Source: Candidatus Latescibacterota bacterium
Lineage (GTDB): Bacteria; Latescibacterota; UBA2968; UBA8231
DNA length: 64,000 nt
NCBI GenBank assembly: GCA_965217585.1
Contig: OZ244561.1
Span: forward strand, 7,168,001-7,232,000
Direction of reading: 5' to 3'
Every line of letters begins with the position of its first letter. Positions within the stretch are counted from its first letter, which is position 1. The translations under genes were made by a program, and so were the position numbers. The notes beneath the pieces were generated by a model, which worked only from the letters and a program-made list of their open reading frames with translations, ran no database searches and had not been told where the DNA came from. Shown piece after piece: positions 58,667 through 64,000 of this stretch.

Positions 58667-60631
58667 TTAATACACCGGCAGGCGGTTGCCCACCGCCCCA
58701 GTGAACCCATCTACGACGAGCCAGATCCCCGCAGTAACGATCTGGCCGAGAGCTATGCCGAGGAAGAAGGGCACCGTCTTGTGGTAGAGCGCCGCGCCCC
58801 CAAAGCGGAGCACCAAGGTCTTGACCAGCCAAGCGAGAAAAATCGAGAACCAGATATGGTTCATGACCCAGCCCATACTCGCGGCAAAGCCCAAAGGATG
58901 CAGCGGCCACCAAGCCCAGTGATTGCGCGCACCGATCAGCATACTCATCAGCAGAGCACCACCGCCGGTCCACAGCCAGCCAATGGCGTCCGGGCCGGTG
59001 GGATGGAGTAGTTTCTGCGCGGCGAACTTGGACGGCTCGGCGGCAAAGGTGGAAAAGTACTGCTGGTGGAGGTTGACCGCTCCGTGCGTATAGGCCAAGC
59101 GCAGCGTGTACCAGGTCGATAGCAAAAGGCTGATGAGCATGGCCGCGGCCAAGCCCCAAAGCAACCGGCGGCGGTCGCCGGCCAATTCGCTGCCCAAGCG
59201 CAGACTATTGGCCAAGGGGGCCGTCATAAAAACCAGCAGGTCGCCGATCCAGACGAAGGTATAGCCCAGCGCCACCACGCCCGGCGCACCCAAGGCCGGC
59301 ACCCCAACGGCACTGACGGTAAACCCAGCGGGGACCATGCCCGGAGTAATGGTGGGAGTACCAGCCTCGGCGACGATGCGCGTCAGCGCAACCAAAAGGC
59401 CCAGCGCCACCACCACCACCAGCGCGGCGACCCACACCGGCAGTCCGCTCTGCCATAGCCACACCACCATGCCCGCCGCACCCAAGACCAAGCCGACGAC
59501 GCAGAAGCGATAGGACGCCATTTCTCCTTCGTCTCTCCCAGGGCGCAAAAAGCGGCGTCCAACCTCGGCCAGATGGGCGCGGGCCGTCCACAAGCTATAA
59601 GCGACAAGCACGGCGCAAGCCCCCATCATCTGGTGCCCCATCCCCGCATCGGACCACGTCCCCAACTCGGCGGTGTGGTGCAAATGCAGGCTCTGGAGCA
59701 GGCCCTCTTGCAGGGCGTGAAGCAGATAAAAAACCCAAAGGCTAAAGGAGAGTTGGACGCCGATGAGGTAGGCGAAGCCGAGCATTAGGAAGTTGACGCC
59801 GAGGCGCAGGACGACGATCTGCCGCAGCAGCGACAGCCGCGTCTCCAGCACGGGCGAAGGTATGGCGGAGAAGTAGTGATGCAGGGCCTCTAAACTGCCG
59901 AGGACAAAGGGAATGGCCAAGCCTAGCCAGACGAGGCGCTGGCGGAAAAAGGGCGCGAGCCGGCTTTCCTCCGCGCCTTGGACCATGGCCAGCGGCACTT
60001 GCGCTAAAGGATAGGCCAGCCGCTCGTTATCGACCCACTGGCGGCGCAGGATATTCATCAGGCATATCAGGGCCAAGTAGAACGCCGCGTAGAACGCCAA
60101 CCAGCGACCCAAGGGCACCAACCAGGCGTCCCAAGGGATCGGCGCATCGCGCCCTACGCCCTCGTAGAAGTCCTGGATGGCCTCTGGGTCTGCGACGACC
60201 ATCCAGTCGGCCAAATGGGGATGGATCAGCTCGGCCCACTGGTTTTCCGGGGTGGCGTAGTAGAAGGTGCCAGTAATCATCGGCAGCAGCATCCCCACCA
60301 CTCCGCGCGTGGGAATGGCCGTGGCCACCGCCATCATCGCAAAGATCGTCACCAACTCGCCGCGGCCAAACGCCCACCCCCGCCGCACAGCCCCCAAGCC
60401 CACCTGCACGGTCATCAACAGCACGAACAACAAGAAAAACGCCGCCGGCGTCGCCGACGAAAGCCCCAGCCGCGACCCTTGTATTACCATGCCCCCATAG
60501 GGCACGCCGACGGCGATCAGGGCAGCCAAGAGGCCGCCGGTGAGCAAAGCGCGCCCCGTAGCACCCCGGCCCGTGGTCTGGTCGCGGCGCACTACGCGCC
60601 GGCGATAGGCAGCCGGTACTCGTCGGAGCAA
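58667..60631 (-). CDS. DUF6785/DUF6784-like membrane protein, paralog 3
   Basis: RRQWVDNERLAYPL and WWPLHPLG; many TMs. Confidence 0.75.
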   Translation of the reverse strand: MLRRVPAAYRRRVVRRDQTTGRGATGRALLTGGLLAALIAVGVPYGGMVIQGSRLGLSSATPAAFFLLFVLLMTVQVGLGAVRRGWAFGRGELVTIFAMMAVATAIPTRGVVGMLLPMITGTFYYATPENQWAELIHPHLADWMVVADPEAIQDFYEGVGRDAPIPWDAWLVPLGRWLAFYAAFYLALICLMNILRRQWVDNERLAYPLAQVPLAMVQGAEESRLAPFFRQRLVWLGLAIPFVLGSLEALHHYFSAIPSPVLETRLSLLRQIVVLRLGVNFLMLGFAYLIGVQLSFSLWVFYLLHALQEGLLQSLHLHHTAELGTWSDAGMGHQMMGACAVLVAYSLWTARAHLAEVGRRFLRPGRDEGEMASYRFCVVGLVLGAAGMVVWLWQSGLPVWVAALVVVVALGLLVALTRIVAEAGTPTITPGMVPAGFTVSAVGVPALGAPGVVALGYTFVWIGDLLVFMTAPLANSLRLGSELAGDRRRLLWGLAAAMLISLLLSTWYTLRLAYTHGAVNLHQQYFSTFAAEPSKFAAQKLLHPTGPDAIGWLWTGGGALLMSMLIGARNHWAWWPLHPLGFAASMGWVMNHIWFSIFLAWLVKTLVLRFGGAALYHKTVPFFLGIALGQIVTAGIWLVVDGFTGAVGNRLPVY

Positions 60632-60664
60632 GACCTGTCCTTTCCTAGCGCCGCCCCGACAACC

Positions 60665-63541
60665 TCACAGCTTCTGCCGCGCGTCCTCGGGGTCGTAAAA
60701 GGGCAGCGCGACCACCGCCGCCATGCTGGTCGAACCATCGTCCAAGCGCACTTCCACCCGGGTGCCGGGCGCGGCCATATCCGCTTCGACAAAGGCCAGG
60801 CCCAGCGGATAACCCAGCGTCGAGACCGGGGCGATGCTAGTCATGCGACCGGCGATCCACCCTCCCCGCATGATCAAGTTGCACTCCTCGGGCAGCTTGC
60901 CGGCAAAATTAGCGGGCCACCGCACGCCGACGAGCGTGCGCTTTACGGGGCGCGCGGCGTGGATTTGCAGGCTGCGCTGGCCGACGAAGAAGCGCTTTTT
61001 TTTGCCAATGGTCCACGCCAACCCCGCCTCTTGGGGATAGGTCAGCGCGTCCGTGTCGTGGCCGACGATCAAGTGCCCTTTTTCCAAGCGCAACAAGCGC
61101 TGCGCCTCCACCCCAAAGGGGCGTGCACCGGCCGCCGCCAAAGCCCGCCACACGTGCTCCCCTTCCCAAGCTGGCACGTGGATCTCGTATCCCAGTTCGC
61201 CGACAAAACCCACCCGCATCACCATTGCCCGCACCCCGGCCACTTCGCCCTCGCGCACCCTTAAATAGGAGAAAGGCCCCGATCTCAGGTCGATATCCGT
61301 CAACGCCGCCAGCGCGTCGCGGCTTTCTGGGCCAGCCAGATTGAACGCTGCCAGTTGACCCGTGGCATTGCTCAAGGTCACGTCCAAGCCCCAGATCGCG
61401 GTCCAGCGCAGCATTTCGCGGTAAAAGGCCGCCGCGCCGCTGCTGGTCGTGGAGACGTAGAAGCGGTCCTCGGCCAGCCGCGCAATCACCCCGTCCTCGA
61501 TCACGACCCCGCTTTCGTCGAGCGCCACGCCGTAGCGGCAGCGGCCGATCATCAGCTTCTTGAAGCGGCTCGTATAAAGGCGCTCAAGTAGCTCACTAGC
61601 GTCCGGGCCGCTAACCTGCAATTTGCCCAGCGTGCTCACGTCGATGATCCCCAGAGCAGCCCGCACGTGCTGCGCCTCCTGCACAATGCACGCGTCGCGG
61701 CTGGCATCGCCGCAGGCATAGTACTCGGGCCGATACCAGTCGCCGGCGTGGGCAAAGACCGCGCCGTGCTCGCAATGCCAATCGTGGATCGGCGTCCGGC
61801 GCATCGGGTGGAAGCGCCGACCGGCCAAATGCCCCAGCGGCACCGGCTGGTAAAAGGGGCGGGCGGTCGTCGAGCCGGTCGCTGCGATGGTGTCGCCGTT
61901 GAGTTTGGCCAAGATCCGCATCGCGTTCATGTTGGCTAGCTTGCCCTGGCTCGGCCCCATCCCCACGGTGCTGTAGCGCTTGAGCAGCTCGACGCTGTCG
62001 TAGCCTTCTTGGTGCGCGTTGACAAAATCCGTCAAGTGCAAATCCTCGTCGAAGTCCACGAAGTTCTTTTTGCTCGGATGGGCGAAAATTGGATAGCTGT
62101 GGCTGGGGGCTTCTCCCGCAGGCGGCAGAGGCGTGGGCACCTCGCCGTCGCCGTGACCGGCGTAGTGCGCTGCCCTAAGCCCGGCGACCCGCCCGTCTTC
62201 CCGCTGCGCGTCTAGCTCGTACACCCCGCGCACGCGCCCAGCGACAAAGACCCCGTCTGGACAGGACCGCGGCACGAGCTGCTCCAGCGCCTCGTCGTAG
62301 GCGAATTGCACCCCCGCTTGGCTGGGCAGCGCGGCGTTGGGCATCCAGCCGACCGACGCGGCAAGGCCGTCGCAGGCAATCTCTTTGCCGCGCTGGGAAT
62401 CTATTCTGCCGTCTGGGGATAGCGGGGCCACCACGGCACCGCGTAGCCCATTCTTCTGGCCATTGGGCACCGCCGCATAGACCGCGTGGCCGCTGTGGAT
62501 CATCACTCCGGCGGCGGCGATTTTTTCGGCTAGGGCCTGCGGTGCCGCGTTGGGACGCAAATCGGCGATGGCCGCCACCTCAACCCCTGCGTCGAGCATG
62601 TCCAGCGCCATCCTATACGCATCGCTATTGGCCGCTAGCACCACCATCCGCTCGCACGGCTTGACCGCGTACAACTTCACCAACCGCTGAGCCGCCGACC
62701 CGAGCAGCACGCCCGGCAGGTCGTTGTGCCCAAAGACCGCCGGCTGCTCGATCGCGCCGTTGGCATAGACGACGGCCTCGGCGCGCACCTTGGTCATCCG
62801 CACGGCATCGAACAGGGCGACCCATCCATCGGCGTAATGGCCGCCGGCCACCGTCCCGCAGCGGATCTCGACATTCGGCAGGCCAGCGAGCACCTCGACC
62901 AGCTCGTCGCAGTTCCCACCGTGCTGCCACGCCCAGCTCCCCCCTACACGCGCCTGTTCCTCGACCAACAGAACCCTAGCACCAGCTTCCCCCGCAGCCC
63001 TCGCCGCCTCCAGCCCGGCCGCACCACCGCCCACAACCAGCACATCGCACCAAGCGTATTCCTTGGGGCTAGCCGTGGCTGCTTGGTCGCGGTTGATCTG
63101 ACCCAAGCCCGCTATCTGGCGAATGATCCGCTCGTGAAAGGGGAAAAGCCACCGGGGGCGGTGAAATGTCTTGTAATAAAAACCCACCGGCATGAAGCGG
63201 CCCAAAGGCTCCAGCCACTGGAGCAAATCGCGCTTCAGTCCACCCAGCGTGTTGACGGCCCGCAGATCCATGCCCGCAGTCAACGGCTCGCGGTCGGCCC
63301 GCAGATGCGTGCGCTCGCCATCTGTAAACAGCGCGTTGGCGTCGTGCCCGGCCAAGCTATACGCCCCGCGCGGCCGATGGTACTTGAAGCTGCGCCCCAT
63401 CATCTGCACGCCATTGGCCAGCAGTGCACTGGCGATCACATCGCCGGCAAAGCCGCTGAACGCCTCGCCTTCAAAGCGAAATTCAATGGGCTGCGTCCGG
63501 TCGATCCACTCCCCGGGCTGGGCGGACAGGCGGCGCGTCAC
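60665..63541 (-). CDS. Sarcosine oxidase alpha / N-methylglutamate dehydrogenase MgdC-like subunit
   Basis: GRSFKYHRPRG, GGGAAG, LKRYSTVGMGPSQG, GcvT-like C-terminus; GTG overlaps the upstream stop. Confidence 0.9.
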   Translation of the reverse strand: MTRRLSAQPGEWIDRTQPIEFRFEGEAFSGFAGDVIASALLANGVQMMGRSFKYHRPRGAYSLAGHDANALFTDGERTHLRADREPLTAGMDLRAVNTLGGLKRDLLQWLEPLGRFMPVGFYYKTFHRPRWLFPFHERIIRQIAGLGQINRDQAATASPKEYAWCDVLVVGGGAAGLEAARAAGEAGARVLLVEEQARVGGSWAWQHGGNCDELVEVLAGLPNVEIRCGTVAGGHYADGWVALFDAVRMTKVRAEAVVYANGAIEQPAVFGHNDLPGVLLGSAAQRLVKLYAVKPCERMVVLAANSDAYRMALDMLDAGVEVAAIADLRPNAAPQALAEKIAAAGVMIHSGHAVYAAVPNGQKNGLRGAVVAPLSPDGRIDSQRGKEIACDGLAASVGWMPNAALPSQAGVQFAYDEALEQLVPRSCPDGVFVAGRVRGVYELDAQREDGRVAGLRAAHYAGHGDGEVPTPLPPAGEAPSHSYPIFAHPSKKNFVDFDEDLHLTDFVNAHQEGYDSVELLKRYSTVGMGPSQGKLANMNAMRILAKLNGDTIAATGSTTARPFYQPVPLGHLAGRRFHPMRRTPIHDWHCEHGAVFAHAGDWYRPEYYACGDASRDACIVQEAQHVRAALGIIDVSTLGKLQVSGPDASELLERLYTSRFKKLMIGRCRYGVALDESGVVIEDGVIARLAEDRFYVSTTSSGAAAFYREMLRWTAIWGLDVTLSNATGQLAAFNLAGPESRDALAALTDIDLRSGPFSYLRVREGEVAGVRAMVMRVGFVGELGYEIHVPAWEGEHVWRALAAAGARPFGVEAQRLLRLEKGHLIVGHDTDALTYPQEAGLAWTIGKKKRFFVGQRSLQIHAARPVKRTLVGVRWPANFAGKLPEECNLIMRGGWIAGRMTSIAPVSTLGYPLGLAFVEADMAAPGTRVEVRLDDGSTSMAAVVALPFYDPEDARQKL

Positions 63542-63801
63542 GCTTGGTCCTCCTCGCCCCACAAATAAGTGCGGACGACCTCGTCGCGGGCCGTGTCGCG
63601 CTCGGCGATAAACCAAGTGCTGCTGGCGCTGTGGTACCACCACTCGCGCTGGATGTCCGGTTCGCCGCAGCGGTTGAACACGTAGTCGGCCCACTCAGCG
63701 TCACTTGCTTGCTTGGCGTCGGGCATGGAGCGCACCTCGCCGCCGAAGACGAATTCCGCCAACGGACGCGGGCCGTTGACTGGGCAGGTGAGGATTTTCA
63801 C
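63538..63801 (-). CDS. Sarcosine oxidase delta / MgdB-like subunit
   Basis: CPVNGPR..EF.FGGE, WADYVF, EWWYH, ERDT. Confidence 0.85.
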   Translation of the reverse strand: MKILTCPVNGPRPLAEFVFGGEVRSMPDAKQASDAEWADYVFNRCGEPDIQREWWYHSASSTWFIAERDTARDEVVRTYLWGEEDQA

Positions 63802-63819
63802 GACCTTCCCCTTGCGTCG

Positions 63820-63999
63820 CTAGTGTCCAACGGAAGCCGCTCCCTTCTCGCCGACCAAATCAAACGCGCCAAAGCGCGACAGATTAAAGGCGCGGATCAG
63901 CGGATGATTCTCGTCGCGGGCGATGGTGTGGGCCATGGTGTAGCCGCAGACCGGCGAGGCCTTAAATCCCCAAGTGCCCCAACCCGCGTCGATGTAAAA
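63820..63999 (-). CDS. Sarcosine oxidase beta / MgdA-like subunit, C-terminal end (truncated by window)
   Basis: Manual translation FYIDAGWGTWGFKASP...LSRF...VGEKGAASVGH*. Confidence 0.85.
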   Translation of the reverse strand, partial: FYIDAGWGTWGFKASPVCGYTMAHTIARDENHPLIRAFNLSRFGAFDLVGEKGAASVGH

Positions 64000-64000
64000 G

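Noticed and set aside
58644-59159. Long N-terminal extension on the second HigA ORF
   Set aside because: Out-of-frame overlap with the DUF6785-like gene; RBS supports a start at 58643

Overview
GC-rich bacterial genomic window with no rRNA, tRNA or CRISPR detected. FlgD-like/T9SS-A-like 'PNPFN' C-terminal domains, three DUF6785-like transporters and a PQQ-like propeller suggest an FCB-group bacterium such as Latescibacterota, possibly host- or sponge-associated; this is inference. Main contents: (1) a + strand cluster of TonB receptor, PaaK-like CoA ligase, flavin halogenase-like enzyme, Na+/solute symporter, GT4, thioesterase and ABC exporter, interrupted by an aspartic protease, LysR, short PurA and orphan HigA; (2) a ~4000-aa surface protein with 10 VLR-like LRRs and 16 FN3/15 cadherin-like repeats; (3) a 1063-bp element with 15-bp terminal inverted repeats and a 7-bp flanking duplication, carrying an Rpn (YhgA-like) gene with an internal start and a sigma54 promoter; (4) catabolic genes, an orphan DNA methyltransferase, a low-GC two-gene module with a HEPN-like motif, four orphan antitoxins and one intact MazEF; (5) a block of deletion-scarred genes, cfa-like MTase, rhaM, trkAH and a split soxBDAG/mgdABCD-like operon. 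All calls come from motif recognition by eye; no database searches were run.
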